A DNA stretch of 64,000 nt from Iphione sp. A-MEVVRFRX5 (taxonomy: Eukaryota): contig OZ320323.1 of NCBI GenBank assembly GCA_976226885.1, positions 4,898,001 through 4,962,000 on the forward strand, given 5' to 3'. Numbering within the stretch: the first letter of the stretch is position 1; every line of letters starts with the position of its first letter. The position numbers and the translations under genes were made by a program. Below are positions 21,261 through 35,099 of the stretch, in pieces. The notes beneath the pieces were generated by a model. The model worked only from the letters and a program-made list of their open reading frames with translations, was not told the origin of the DNA and made no database searches.

Positions 21261-24200
21261 TGAGTTTATTTGGATGGAACTGGTATAAGACAAGTCTCAT
21301 TGATCTGACTTGGGAAGAATCTGTTGGCTCTGAACCAAGACAGACCTAACAGTTTTCCAGCTGTGACGTCACTCTAACAGGTCTTTGATGATATTATGGG
21401 CATTACATATTGAAAATTACACCATACAAGGCTTTTCTTCACTGTCGTTTGCTTGGAATCTCAAAGCATGTGGAACAAGTGATGATATTATGCACAGAAT
21501 TTTTGTTAAATATTATATCCATGAGTCTTTGCATCAGATACCTTTGTCTCTTCCAGCATTACGTTTTTTTTTTTAACATGGCAACCTGTTTTATACAAAA
21601 ACAGTAAATACAGTCGAAACCCTATTTGTGACCACCCCTCCGGACCAAGCTTAACTGGTTGTATTGGCAAAGTTGGTCATAAAATGATTATTGGTAATCA
21701 TAGAAATCATTTTGTTTCCCATCTTAAATGGTCGTAAATAGGATTTAGACGTAAGTCGATGCAGTCACAAATCGGGTCTCGGTTGTAATGTTATGTTAAT
21801 TGTTCACTCTTCAGAGAAAAATGTTATGGCATTTGACTTGGGTGAGCAAAAAATAATATGCTTCTCAGAATGATGCCAGTTTAAACATAAGATTTTGCTA
21901 CATTTGTTTTGTATTATACATGTACTGTGTTTCCACCCGAAACGGTGGTTGGACCAAATGCTACAACCCTCATAGATCAGCGATTTATTACTCTCCATGT
22001 GGTGTGTTTACATGATGCGCTTAAATCGCGTAGTTTTAAGTTAATACCATTTGATTATTATTGGCTCATGACTGATTTTAAAACTTGTTTACGTCATTTG
22101 AGTCCTCTTTTACACGTTTTACCTTACGCAAGTTGCATGTTGTCACGTCAGTGCTATTTTTTTTCCTCCTGGTGTATTTACATGTATAGCTTACAGTTAT
22201 GAATCGTGTATCTCATTAATGCTACTTTGTACTCCTTACAATAGTTGTAGAAAGAATTGGTTCCACTTGACTCGTGAGTCTGTCACCTTCATAAGACGTC
22301 AGACTAAACATTCCGAGTTGTCAGGACCTAGACGTGAGAAGCGTTTTCGCCACTGATTACAGGAGTGTGTTGACGTATATGTCATACTGTGTGGTATAAT
22401 GCAGTTATCGCACGTTGAGGCAGTGTATGAATACTTGTGAGTGTTGACTTGCACACATTATCAACATGCAGCACAGGTTCCTACGGAGTATCCATATTGG
22501 TTGGTGGGAGACTTTCCTGAAACCAGGGACCTATTTATACAACGAAAAAATATCTTACAGCCGAGCCAAATATATATATGGAGATATATTTCAGTAGGTG
22601 CATGGAACATATCAATCAGCCTTCAGTTTTTGTTCCAGTTATTTTTTCCAGTTGATTTTGCTTTTGAATGTGCAAGTAAGTAAATGTCGTTTCCTGTTGA
22701 TCTAAGAATATGTAATGCTTCACCGTGACAAATAATAATGGAATGGTCGGAAAAAATGTTCTGCCAAATGCGGAATTTATAGTCATCACCAGACTTTTTT
22801 ATTCATGCTAGAGGTACATAATTGAAATTAAGAACATATATATCAGTTCCATGGTGAAGATGGGCAATATGAAGTTTTTGATGAATTATTCAATGATTTA
22901 TATAACTGAAAATCAAATTACTCTCTAAATCAGAACCGTGAAAGGTTTGTGCCAGGAGAATTTTACTTAGTTTTTGGCAGCAACACTCCTCCTGTATTAG
23001 TGACTCCTGTGTGGGTGTCCTTCTTTTGCTGTATGTTTTTCAGACCTCATTTTAAGCCCTTATTTACTCAAACGTAAACTTAGAAAAAAATAAGCTTCGA
23101 TCAAATATTTATGTATATTGATTTTTTTTCCAAATATCTGTAGTGTAAGAGGGAATGTTTTTCTTATTTAAAAAGAAATCTTATGGTGGAGAGGTGGATC
23201 ATGCACAGATCAAGAAATTTGGCCACTTTTGTACCCTGTTACTAATGACGTGGACTTGGTCTTATGAAACACTGAGAGATGCCAGTTTAAGTCAATTATT
23301 TACAGTTGGTTAAAATGAGCCAATCGCCAGTAGTTGAAGAAACAGGTACTACAGACCTAATTTTTGCTAATTGTGATGTCATAATGGGAATCGACCAATC
23401 AGATTGCTTCATTTTGAGACAATGTCACAATTAGTAAAAATTACATCTGCAGTACCCGTTTCTTCAGCCATTGGCGATCGGCTCATTGGCCCACACACGT
23501 GACCTGGAGAGAGACGGGCAGTGAAGTCTGCACTACTTTTCCTTACAGCTAAATGTGGCTTTGGTTAACCCAAACAGTAAAACAAATACTTTGTACTATT
23601 AAACCCGGGTTCAGTAGGAAATAGATAATTGAGCATTGGGTGAGCGAGCTTAACAACTGTTACATTTTGGTTTAGTACATGTACATCTAGTTGCATGTAA
23701 TTGTGAGTTTTGAATTTCAGTTTGGCGTATCAAGTCAGATGAAGAATATATGTACGTGTACTTATAATTACCCTCTGGTTTTCCTTACCGAACTGAACAT
23801 TGGAGCTCTCATTTCTCACAAAACTGCTGAAGGAAAGATTTACCAAAGTTGTGCTTGGTTAAGCACATACGCACATGTCATAGGCGTGACGTACCAAAGA
23901 TGTTCAGGAAAGAGTAGCAGACGTGATATACTAACAGAGAAATAACACAAGTGTTCGCTTTTCTGGTTTCACTTGTTACGTACGTCTTTGGTTCAGATGT
24001 ACTAGTACCAACAATGGTCCATCACACCATCCTCTTTGTCCTGTGTGGCACATTGCTGATTTTTTTTTAAGTAAACTCATTTCTCCCTGTTGCCGTTTCT
24101 TCCCTAGGCATAAACATCTTAGGTTTAAGGTACTCGACACAGTGTACTTTGTGTTGCCTTTTCGCAGAAGTAACCACTTGTCTGCCAAATACACAGTCGC

Positions 24201-25719
24201 TAGATTTCACAAAAAGCTACTTACTAGTTATTAACGGATAGGCCACGTGGTTACGGTTTGGAAATGCTGCTTTCTCTCAAAACAACGGCGACTACAATCA
24301 GTGCCACACAGCATCGCCCCCTGGAGGATGTCATGTGAACTGTAGAGGTGGTCCCTAGCTTTGGAGTCCTGTAGCTACCGATGCATCCGCTAGGTGGCAC
24401 ATAGTGTACTGTTAATGTTTTAGATTAATACTTAGGGTTATACTAAACGAACGTTTTTAGTTAGGCGTGGGAGATGTAGACGATGTATCATCTGCAGGCT
24501 CTGCGACGTTTTTATAGCTCTACGGGTAATTCAGTTAAAAGTACATGTGATATATACCACGTGGTTTTAGTTCATTTACATATGCCTGCTACAACGACCG
24601 CATCAATGAGAAACAAGTCCGTAGATTATAACATATAATAAGGATAGAGTTCAGTCAATTTCTGCGATTGGTTGAGAACAAGTGTAAGAGTGCGTTAATA
24701 TATTATTCAGTGTGGTGTTGCAGATCTGTACCTGACCAAAGGAGATTTATCATACCCGTTATTTTTTTCTGGCTACACAACCCTCAGGCAACGAATCTCC
24801 AATGTTCACATTAAAGCATTCTTTATAATATTACTGTTTTTCACCTTTTTAGGGTGTGCTGCTCAAAAGTTAAAGGTGCCCGGGTAATATTATTCTAATA
24901 AAGCATTTGTCACCACAGTTTGAAACCAGTCTTGTCTGTTTGTCATGTGTCATCTGTTAAGAGACCAAACTTTTCAGTCCTTATGATCGTCTTGTGCATA
25001 TTTTATGATTAAGACGAATAATTCGCGTACAGTTTTAAAAAACATGAAAAGGATTATGATAGAAAGTGTACCTTTTTTTCTCTCAACAAGCGCCTTTGGC
25101 GTACTACTCTCTTAGTAATTTAAAACCCTTGGTTATGCTTAACTGGACATACAGAGGGGTAGTACACAGACCAAACACAGACATAGTCATATGTAGCCTT
25201 GTATTCCTACTCAGTGTGAAGAAAGTAGGGCTACATATGCCGTATGCTTTTTAGAAATAAGCACTCTACATATACAAAAGATAAATAATCTTTTGTTTAC
25301 CTTATAATGTCCTTATGGATCAATCAGTATAAAAGATGAAATATTTCTGTAAAACTACATCACTACGAGATGACAGTCCCATGACCAGACCACTTTCAGG
25401 CAACGTTTTATATAGGTTGTGTAAATATTACTCCAACAATTCCATTAAATGTTGCCTTGATTGCTATACTGCTTTGTTTTGCTATAGCAGTTACAGCACA
25501 AATAGTACCATATCTCTTCCTGCCCCACTGAGTAGGTTAGAATAGGAGGATTATCATTTGTATTGATATCTTGGTGATAAAGTAGAAGTAAACGATTCAT
25601 CTGACCACGAATATCTAAATCAAGGGCGCATGGGAAGAAGGGATGGCTGTGGAGTTAGCTAATGAAATGCTGATGTTGCTGGTGGGGAAGGAAAGGTGAA
25701 ACTCGGGTACGGGGAGAAG

Positions 25720-26121
25720 CAGGCCCGTAGCCAAGGGGGTATCGGGGGTATCATCCGATACCCCCCATAGAACCCAGGAGTCCCACCTCTCCAGGCCTAT
25801 AGCCAGGGGTGTAACATGAGAAAGGGCGGGGAGGAGAGTGAGAGCAGGCCCATAGCCAAGGGGCTATCAGAGATAACTTCCAATACCACCCATAGAACCA
25901 AAGAGTTCCACCTCTCTAGGCCTATAGCCAAGGGTGTATCATGAGAAAGGGGGGAGAGAAAGAGAGGGTGGAGACAGAGGAAGGAAGACCTCTCTAACCT
26001 GTAGTTCCACCTCTCTAACCATGAGTTCCACCTCTCTAGCTAAGAATTCTACCTCTATAGCTAAGAGTTCCACCTCTCTAATTTGAGATACCCCCCACAA
26101 GACTTCCTGGCTACGGGCCTG
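25720..26121 (+). mobile_element. MITE family A (TIR CAGGCCCGTAGCC; hAT-like), with internal partial duplication
   Basis: Ends are CAGGCCCGTAGCCA and TGGCTACGGGCCTG. Related copies occur at 27732-27867, 49026-49326 (reverse) and 61703-61867. Target-site duplications are not consistently recoverable, so the superfamily is inferred. Confidence 0.75.
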
Positions 26122-26262
26122 AGAAGGGATGGTTGTGTTGTGATAAGAGAGCTCGTATCAGCTCACTGGTAACTGGAAGTTTGATTGAAAAAGAGGCCTC
26201 ATGACTTTATTTATACAACTATATGTACAGCCAGGCCAGATTAACTGAACCAAACAAGGTAT

Positions 26263-26446
26263 TGTGGGTGGAGCCTGTACTGGCTCCATCCTGAGCTCAG
26301 GTGAGAAGCCAGGCTCCGAGCAAGGGAAGAAGTACTATATAAGATGACGACGAAGACATATTGCTGCCATGCAGTTGATTCTTTATTGTTCAGCAATAAA
26401 CGTCTTGAAATTGAAACTGAGTACGGCTCTTCGATCGGGGCGAACA
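26263..26446 (+). mobile_element. Solo LTR (Gypsy-like, 184 bp)
   Basis: TGT...ACA termini, a 4-bp direct repeat GTAT on both flanks (26259-26262 and 26447-26450), an internal TATA-like TACTATATAAG and a downstream AATAAA. Confidence 0.7.
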
Positions 26447-27731
26447 GTATGTTTTTTTTGTAAACATTTAGTTAACTGGGGTTTCAGCTAATTTAGACAT
26501 AAAGAAAGATAACACTTTTGTATGGGGTACAATGGTGCACATAATCAATGACTTCGGTTAACGAGGGTTCGGTTTACCAAGGCAGGTGTATTTTTGTGTA
26601 TGGCCACTGCCCGACTGTTTATGGTATTACACATCCTTCTCCCGGGAATGCCTCGAGCAATAATAAGCTCGTAAAGGAATAAGGGTTTCTCCTAAAGCCA
26701 GAGAGATTCCATTTTGTCAACCGCCTCCTGCCTCCTTTACAGCCATCCCTCGTTAACCGACAAACTGATAACCGACAATACTTGCACATTCAACCATGAG
26801 AAATGCAACCAAACCCGCTCTAATATATGTATATATATATTTCTCTAATATAACGCTTTTCATAACCGACAACTCTAATATAATGACCAATATGGGGAGA
26901 AATCAAACATGTCGGTTATGGAGGGGCCACTGTATATGACCGATCGCGCGTAACATAGTCATGTTCTGTTGTTAGCCTAATAATATCATTGTTTTGGCAC
27001 CTGACTCTGACAGCTCAGTAAGCCATATTTAGATATAGTAGGCCTAATATTTACGCCATTGCTGCCAGTCTATCCCATCGTCACTACATGCGATCGGTCC
27101 GTGGATCAGAGTGTGTCACCTTGTCCATCCTTAAGTTTCCCTAACCGTTCCCAGGGGTATTATTCCTTCTGACCAGTGATTGATAGGAGAAATCAACAGA
27201 ACACTCTGAGAAGGGCTGCTGTGCCAGAAGAAATAAAAAATCAGCAATGCGGCGACCACACAATGCCTTACCCTGGACGTGTTCTTCGTTGTTTGTGTAG
27301 TGAAAGATGAGATGGATGTAGAGAGAGCTTAAATCCTTAGAAATTAAACCTAGGGGACGAGAAAATTGCAGGTATATTGCGGTACCCGGATGCCACGGGT
27401 TACTTTTTTAGCATGATGTCCTGGCTCTGTAATTACTGTAAGGCCATGGCTCTATATTCCCTGTCATACCCTGGCTCTGATTTTACTCTGATACTCTGCC
27501 AGGCTGTTAGCAGAGAGCACCCAAAAGACACCTTCGGGACACCTCCAAGTGTGAAAACAATTTATACATGTACATGTCATGCCCCGGTTTTGCTTGATGC
27601 GTGAAGGGAGTTTCCGTCATTCTGCAGGAGACTAGTTTCATAAAATCCGTGTTATTGGTTGTGCAATAAATATAAAACACCGGCACCTATTTCGGTTATT
27701 GGCTCTTCCAAATCAGGAAGAAGCGTTATTT

Positions 27732-27867
27732 CGGGCCCGCAGCCAAAGGGGGGGGGGGGGTATCGCCAATGCCTATAGGCTTTCATGGAGGTAAAAATAA
27801 ATTAGTTCCACCTGTGGGGTATTTTGGGTACACCCCCCCCCCAGGAAACTTCCTGGCTACGGGCCTG
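27732..27867. mobile_element. MITE family A copy
   Basis: CGGGCCCGCAGCC...CTGGCTACGGGCCTG termini with internal G/C runs like the other copies. Confidence 0.7.
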
Positions 27868-30800
27868 TAGGCCTGTTTAACATTTTCTGGTGATTGGAGA
27901 TCAAGAAATTGATTCTTGGTGAAATGTACGTTATCTGTTCTTTCTGTAAGCATTGTGTAAGCCTTATGAGTACACGTAATTTGAATTCTTGGCGAGGTGT
28001 TATTTGGTAGCCCCCCCCCCCCTCCCTGTTATAAAGAGGTTAACTGCCTGGATCCTCGGCCAGGATCTCATTGGGTAACTCTTATCTAATCAATTAGGCA
28101 GGTAATAATTTAAGACGCCTGTGAGGGGTTTGAAATGTGGTTGTGACCCGAAAGTAGCAGGTGACTCGGCAGCCAGCCCTTCCTCGTGGGAATGCGGTAC
28201 ACTGTGTCGCTTGCGTGCGAGCTGTGTGTCTCTGGAAGCTAACACACGTACATTCATCGCACTTCGATATGTCAAGTTCTAACTTATAGTCCCGAGCATA
28301 TATAATATAGTGTCGGCCTACGTGCGGACCAGCGCCAATCTCGAGGGAGTGAGGTCATCAACATGTACGAACAGCGCTTGTGGCTACGTGGCGAACCAGG
28401 ATGGGTTAGCTCTCGTCCATATACTATCAAACGTCTTGTATGATGAAATGACAACCCCCTCAGGCATCAGCATTAAACTTCGCCTTTGGGAGTCCGAATG
28501 CACTGGTTAACCGGTTCAGTCCCGCCACTAGTGGAGGCGACCCGAACTAACACTCCACCAAAACAAACCATCTTTTAACCGGGAAATACTTTCCTCCAAA
28601 CCACACTGACACCAGTCCACAACTAGTATGCCTTTACGATCGTTCTTATTTAATTGCTGAGGCAGTTAATGCCGTACTTTCGCATATTCACTTGTTTGTT
28701 TTCAGCCGGCTGCCGGCGTCCTTGACCCCCGTCTGACCTTTGTGTCACGCCACCCTCGGAAGACCACGTGGTGTGGCCAGTGGTGACTCCCGCTTCGAGA
28801 GAAACCGCAGGAAAAAGCACCGAGTTTGCAGCTAATATTCCCGTTCGGTCTTCCACCGCCACGTCAGGACAATCAAAAGCCCACATTTCGTGCCGATAGG
28901 AGGTAGGTGAAACATTCATAGCTAATGTGAACTTATTGTGTGTTTTATTAGAGCAATATTGCTTCAAAAAGGTGTGTTCCCCGCGGTTTCTACGGTGATA
29001 CATTATAATGATAGATGCTTGGCTGTATCTGTGTTAACGTTACTTTTGTTGTTTTCCTAATTCTTTGACCTTGTTCCAGTTCCTTTAGAAATACATGGGG
29101 AGAATACGTGCTGTTAACAGTGGCTCCGAATTATCTATCAGTCTAGCTGAAATAGTTCGAAGAGTGGTGGTGTGAATTAAAGTTAACATAATATTTCTGT
29201 CATGTGCGCGGATGTGGTCATAGGCCATTATGTTTTTTTTTATATTCATTTTCTATATTTTTTCTTAACTAGTCATCTTTTCCCGTTAATGCTCCAGTGC
29301 AATAATGTGTATACACGTGTGTAGCATACATATACATACATGTATGTATGGATAGGTTGTGTGAGAGAAAGAGAAAGACCAATAGACATAACCTGGAGAT
29401 GAGGTCCTTCGTTTGCCCTTCGAGGTGATGTTCAGACATCCAAAGGCATTCATGTCTCTAGAATCTACAACTGTTTTAGATTAATGATACTATAAGGTGG
29501 TGCCCAGGGGGTAATAGGGCCACCACCCCAGGTCAGGGATTGGTGGTATAGGTTTATACTTAAGTTTACTACATATATCCCTAAGGATTATTTCAAGATA
29601 AATTGGAATTCAAGTTTCTACCCCGGCTTCTACCATTTAATAGCAAGGGAACACATACACATTGGTTTTACTTGCACTTCTCCACTCATTCCTCAGTCCA
29701 TCCATGGACTTTGAACATGTGATGTCATCTTAGATTCATTCACTTAATTTGGTTTTATCTGCATCGAAGTTATTTAAAATGTCACACGTTTCTTGTCTGT
29801 CGTGCATTTAATCACAATTTGAAGGTTTGAATATTACATTCAAAAAGACATTTTAATATAAATGAACAAAGATAACGGTACAACTGAACAAAATTGTAGC
29901 CACGGAGGGACATACATTTTTAATAAAGGAAGAAAATTGATACACAATACATGTAAGTGCAGTTTAAATTTTACAAAATTGGAATTGTAGTCATTATGCC
30001 AGAGATATGATCTTAGCACCTGACATAAATGTAGATTTAACAACTCCCAAGTTGTATATGACAAGTATCTTCAAAGTAAAGTTGATCATCTCCAGAGTTA
30101 CACGTAATTTCCTTGTGCGCATGTTGTCTTGGTGTTCACAGTATACGCAGTACATGTAGTTTCCGACTGGGACATGTCCCAAGTCTCAGGGCTATGTCTG
30201 TTTGTTTTCACCATGATTTTTTTAAGCTACGCTTGTCTACTGGAGTGATACAAGGAAACACGGTCCTTCACCATCGTTTCCTTTCATTCACATGGCAGTA
30301 GTCTTTCACCACACTGTGACATGTGTACATGTAAATTAGGCCTTAAAAGTGGCATGATCGTAGGTATACATGTACATGTGCACAGAGTAGACTGAATCTA
30401 TGTCAACGTTAACCTTCATAGCTATCCCAAATTCTCTTGTATTTCAACTCTCAGGTCGTTTTCATGGACTTTGTGCATTTATTCACCTCAACAGTCTATA
30501 CTCTCTTGTTCCATGTACATGTATTTACACCATGTAGTCGGCAGACGCGTATAACTAGGCCTCATAGTGGGTGGGGTGAGGGCATCTTTTCTTCTGAGTT
30601 CTACTCTACAATTTCCCGGGACAGGATATCAAGCACGAAATCTATTTGATATGATGAAGACATTTCGAGCTCATATTGCATCTGGATGCGTCCGAACCCC
30701 CAAATCCCCCCTAGCTACAAACCTGGCCATTGATAAGCTCTGCAAGTCATTATCTTAATGCAATTTAATGCATTCTTTCTGCCGTTTGCCAGAGGAATTG

Positions 30801-31650
30801 AAATACGTCCTTCAGATAACATCTCATTGTTGTCAGAGCAACACAAAGGATTGTTCGGAAAACACTGTTGCAGTACAGTAAACTCTGGCGGCTTGGCTGG
30901 TTGCGTTCGGAAAGTTGCTGTCATACTGTGTGTAGTGCGTTGAACGAGATCTATAGATCTGGGGTCCTGATTAGTATGTGGGAGGCAGACAGACAGAAAG
31001 ACTGCCAGACAGAAAAAAAAATGCATAATGCGAGTGGACAATTTCAGATGATTCATATATAAACAAGAGATGGTGTTCTACGGACATTTTCCAGTTGCTT
31101 TCTGAACGTATCCATTCATTATTATCATGAAGAGAGAAAAGAAGCAAGAAAAATTGCTGCCATCTTTTATACAATGTACACATGTCGATTTACTCTCTTT
31201 GGGATATGTACTCATTTGTTGTGTGGCGGTTTCTCCTTCACTTAAACTTTTGAAAGTTCGATGTCTATAGAGAGTGGCTATAATTTGCTCCATATGTCAG
31301 TAGGCCTATTTGTTACTCTTGTACTACCCACGCTGGGACTTGTACGGTCAGAAACCACTAAATATGACTCTTGTTAGATGCTTATTCAGTATTTGTTTAT
31401 TCCTCACTAAGACTTAGAGAAAACTGCAAAGGTTTCAGTTTCGTGTACGGAAGTGCTTTGTTTGTGTAGGTTACCATAATTATAGGAAATACCCGCCCTT
31501 TACAATTGTCCGCTTCGTTGCTGCCGATTTCCCCCCCCCCCCCCCCAAAAAAAAAAAAAAAAAAAACATGATCATCAGAGATGTCCTTTTTTGCAAACTC
31601 TGACGGTACTGAAACATCAGTATTATGTTTTTTGTCATACATGTACATGT

Positions 31651-33728
31651 CAAGTCCAAAGTTCAAAGTTCAAAGTTTTTATTGAGCCATAAATGTTTTC
31701 ATCCCTCTGGGATGTTCATTCTAATCCAGCTCACGAACAACTTAAGCACTAAGCCTGTCACTTTATTTCTAGGTACTAGGAGAATATGGCACTGCGCATC
31801 GCGGATTTAAATGCTGGCAGGTCCAATTTCTTCAAATGGCTTGGATAATTATTCCATGTCCTCCCTCCTTGATACTTGAAACTCTGTTTGTACTGCTCTG
31901 AGGATGGTTTGCTTAGATCGACACGTGGAGCAGCACCGGCTCTGGTTCATCCTCCTTCCACCATTGGACAAAGCTGTAATGAGATCATGGATCTGTACAC
32001 CAATGCAGTGTGGTATTCACCCCTTTGATGATAATTCATCATCCTCACTGACTTCATCCAATCTTGAGCTTCCCTAGTACTTGTACCCCTCCCAAGAATA
32101 CAGCATTTCACAGCTTGCAATAGACATTTTTGTATGATGTCCCTTTGTGTTTTCATAGCCCCCATTTCAAACACGATTCCATTGTCCATATGCGGCATAA
32201 AATATGCATTAAATACCAAGAGACATGCTTCTCTATTTAGCAAGGGTCTTGCCCGCTGCAACAAATAGACACAACTATTCAATTTCTTCCGCTTTGCCTC
32301 TATCGACTGCTTGAAAGTCAACTTTTCATCTAACTGGTATCCTAAAAAATTATAGGATGCCACCTTTACAACTGCCTTTCCGTTCAGTCTTAGGTCAAGG
32401 TTGAATTTGTTGGCTTTACCTAATGCCATATACTTAGTTTTCCCTTCGTTTAAGAGAAAACCATTTTTCGCGCACCACTTGGAAACTTGGTCCAATGTGT
32501 ATTGTGTCTTTTTTGCTAGTGATAATGCACTTGTGCCCCATGAGTAAATCGTTACGTCATCAGCGTATAACGTCAACTTACTCGGGAACGATGCACTTAC
32601 GATATCATTAATAGCAACGAGGAACAACCAGGGCCCAAGAATTGAGCCCTGGGGAACTCCTGTGACCATTTGTTGCAGGGAAGACACTTTGCCATTGCAC
32701 CTGACTGCCTGATATCTATCGCTGAGGTATGAACCGAACCAGTCAATCACTCTCCCTGCAAACCCGAAACTTTTCAATTTTTCTTTTAGCAATGTGTGAT
32801 TCACAAGATTGAAGGCCTTTGACATGTCCAGGAAAGTGAGTGCTGCATACCTACCTATGTTCAAGTCCTCATATGCATCACTCAACAATCCTGCACATGC
32901 CAAAAGAGTCCCGCGGCCACTCCTAAAGCCAAACTGTTGTTTTGCCAACATCCCTTTTTCTTCGACATACTTCGAGACTTTATCAATTACCACCCCTTCA
33001 AGAATCTTGCCAGGGACGGGTAATAGACTTACCGGTCGATAATTCGATTTATCCTGCCTACTTCCACGCTTAAAGAGTGGCACCACAGTTGCCACCTTCC
33101 AAGCCCTCGGGACAATAGCATCCCTGAGGGAGTGGTTGATGATACCTGTGAACATGCCAAGCTTTATAAGCAGTAGATCCTTCAAACACCTCATACTGAT
33201 GTCTGGTATCCCAGATGGCTTGGAATCTTTCTGCCTCCTAATCAACTTGCTAACTTGGGATTCGTCAACTTGCCCGAAATCAACCATTTCTTCCATAAAC
33301 CTGGTCCCTAGATCCTCAGAACTAACCGTGGGTGATCCTAACGACGAGGCAACCTTTGCAATTGAGGTCACAAAATGTTCATTCAACTTTTCAGCTGTCT
33401 CTTCTGGCTCAATTTCCTGTCCTCCCTCTTTCAATCTAATTTCCCTTTCTCTATTTTGATTACCAAATACTGCCCCATTGAGATATTTCCACATGCAGCG
33501 GGGGTTCTGGCTGTTTTCCTTAAGCCCTTCCTGTACTACCTCTTTTTTGCTTTTCCTTATCTCATAGTTTGTTAGATTTCTGTAGTAGCGGTACATACGC
33601 TGGTAGTCTACAGAACCCGTCTTCAAAAACCTACGCCTAAAGTAATTGCGTTCCCTCTGTAGTTCCTTTACCCTAGCTGATAAGGCCGGTCCACGTGACT
33701 GATTTATCATTCTCTTTTCGAGTGTCAT
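31651..33728 (-). mobile_element. 5'-truncated non-LTR retrotransposon (CR1/L2/Crack-like) with reverse transcriptase
   Basis: 593-aa ORF with the RT motifs NYRPVSLL, GFRSGR, FLDMSKAF, GVPQGSILGP and LYADD. After one in-frame TGA (31947-31949) the frame continues TRAG...SFKYQGGRTWNNYP...FKSAMRSAIFS* to 31776. The 3' end has AATAAA followed by an (ACTTTGA)n tail. No endonuclease or ORF1 is present. Confidence 0.92.
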
Positions 33729-34163
33729 ATAACTCTCTCATGGGGTAGTCTATGTCCATGAGCGCAATGGAATACATCTTTTTTTTTATATCGCTTCCAG
33801 TATTAAAGTATCGTCATTGAATAATTATTTAAAATGCAAATAAACGGAGAAAAATAAATAACGTGTTTTGTATCACTTACAATGCTCAAGTATTATCATC
33901 GAATCATGATTTAAAATGCCATTAAATACAGCAAAATGATTTAGAAGTGTTTTGTAATACTTCCATTGCTTAAGTATTGCCATCTAATAGATACTTAAAA
34001 TACATATTACTGCCAGTATCCATATATTTGTCTAAGAATGAACATACCTGAAAGATCTCTGGTCGGCCCCGTCTGCACACACAATATGATATACATATGA
34101 TGCCAAATCTGTGACACTTTGCATACCGTTGCACCCTAGGCAATAGTGCCCTCATATTAATTA

Positions 34164-34440
34164 GGCCTACTAAAAGTTCTGTGTTTCCGGTAACCTGACC
34201 AACTCTTATTTTGGTCCTAATAAACATACTCTACAACAGATTGTTTCTTAGATCACTAGCTTTCGTTTGATATAAGTTTCATTAAGATCTAGGCAGTGGG
34301 AGTGACATTATTATATACATTTATTATCTTTAGGATGCTTTAACATTGAAAAAAGGGAAAATAATAACATAAACCACCTACCGACCGACCCCTCTATATT
34401 ATTAGCATGTTACCGGAAACACAAATATTTTGTTTAGGCC
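34164..34440. mobile_element. MITE family B (PIF/Harbinger-like; TIR GGC...GTGTTTCCGGTAAC)
   Basis: Imperfect TIRs; flanks TTA and TTG. It resembles the reverse complement of 62995-63313. Confidence 0.7.
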
Positions 34441-35099
34441 TTGCATTGGAAGTGTCCATAATGATTCAGATAGATCAATGGAAGCGAACGTTATGAGGAC
34501 AGATGGTTAAGACGCACGGAAATTTGGCGAGTAGGGTAAATGCATTCGTAATGTCCTTTATGTCAGGTGGCAGAATCTTCATGTCTGTGTGATGTGTGTG
34601 TGGTAGGTAAGTGGTGGTTTTCTATGATGCATGCTTGTTCCTGGCGTGTGCATTTAGCGATGTCCGAAACAAGCAATAGTTATTTCACGCAAGCATGTAC
34701 CCCTAGTAGCATATGGAAGTTAGGGTTAGGGTCAGGCTCTGGCTTAGAGTTTTAGTAATTCCCCCGCCCCTCCCCCAAATCCACTAAATTTGCACAGATT
34801 GGGGTCTGCTAACAGGGGATTGGGATGAAATATATGCGCAAACATACAGGGAGACACTGTCATTCATAGAAAGCATCCATGGTGGAGTGTGTGCGCACAA
34901 AAAGCTGTTTTCTGTAGCGTCCTGTAGAAACGCACAAAACTCGCATTCATGCATACATGGCCTAAAACTGTGGATGGACACATAACTCAACGTGTCTGCA
35001 TATCCCATTAGTCATACTCTTATGGTGAAAAAAACGGATTGTAATACTCAATATTCTTCACGTTGTGTCATGAATGATTTAAATTTTAATTACTCGGAG

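Noticed and set aside
20830-21300. Repetitive ORFs (GSADSSGNRVSRLVWE...)
   Set aside because: They come from a 25-bp minisatellite whose period shifts frame with each unit, and there are no splice signals.
28240-28275. AAGTGCGATGAATG on the minus strand, reminiscent of 5.8S rRNA
   Set aside because: The similarity is limited to a few bases and no flanking rRNA structure is present.
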